A stretch of 16,719 nt of DNA. Origin: an uncultured Verrucomicrobiales bacterium. GTDB lineage: Bacteria; Verrucomicrobiota; Verrucomicrobiia; Verrucomicrobiales; DEV007. Made by a program: the position numbers and the translations under genes. Each line of letters opens with the position of its first letter. Within the stretch, counting starts at the first letter, position 1. The DNA lies in the NCBI GenBank assembly GCA_938091905.1, contig CALKOM010000186.1, positions 1 through 16,719 on the forward strand, given 5' to 3'. Below, in pieces: positions 16,403 to 16,719 of this stretch. The notes below the pieces were generated by a model that saw nothing but the letters and a program-made list of their open reading frames with translations, ran no database searches and had not been told where the DNA came from.

Positions 16403-16602
16403 TCTCGTTTGTGCCCACTTTGACGGCACTGGTCTGTGCGCTGGTATTTGGACAAACTCTGTCTGCACAAACGGACATCGCAACAGCATTGCCAGCCATG
16501 GTCATTATTCGCAGCTTCGATGTAGCTGACACAACAGCCAAACCAGCAGATGAGCGTCTCGGTGGGTGCGACCTCAATTGGATGTCTTTAAGCTCAATGT
16601 AG
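16399..16602 (+). CDS. Short signal-peptide-bearing ORF, possibly a gene remnant
   Basis: ATGA overlap with the cytochrome stop; MISFVPTLTALVCALVFGQTLSA|Q signal-like N-terminus; ends after only 67 aa. Confidence 0.3.
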   Translation: MISFVPTLTALVCALVFGQTLSAQTDIATALPAMVIIRSFDVADTTAKPADERLGGCDLNWMSLSSM

Positions 16603-16719
16603 GGGATATTGTCAATTTGAGCATCTAGGCTTCCGCTGGTCCAGAGATCTTGGTGAAACCAAATTGCGAGAGTTTCTGCCAAAACTGCTCCCACCGCCCG
16701 TTTGTTAGAACCATAGTGC

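Overview
Bacterial genomic window, very probably Verrucomicrobiota: it has a Verru_Chthon cassette protein A, a PEP-CTERM protein, and secreted proteins with DxDxDG-x2-NLxEYA[FL]G-x-DP tails. Left part: the 3' end of a DUF1552-like gene, a secreted ankyrin-repeat protein, a znuABC-type metal ABC operon with a perfect 11-5-11 operator, and a 5'-truncated sufE whose start is replaced by an IS3-like fragment. From about 5.3 to 15.8 kb lies what looks like one metal-responsive (probably iron/heme) island. An AraC-family regulator and a divergent small Cys-rich protein are each preceded by the same 21-bp Fur-like sequence. A tandem direct repeat (consensus about RCAAGGSRSCGNYA, period 20-21 bp) occurs five times; four copies lie 31-36 nt upstream of start codons. 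The genes behind these sites encode a secreted protein coupled to an orphan VccA, a small protein plus a PEP-CTERM protein, a DUF6607-like protein, and a DNRLRE-like secreted protein followed by a degenerate flavodoxin-like protein. At the right end, a cytochrome c gene is split by a G9 tract. Family assignments come from motif recognition only; no database searches were run.
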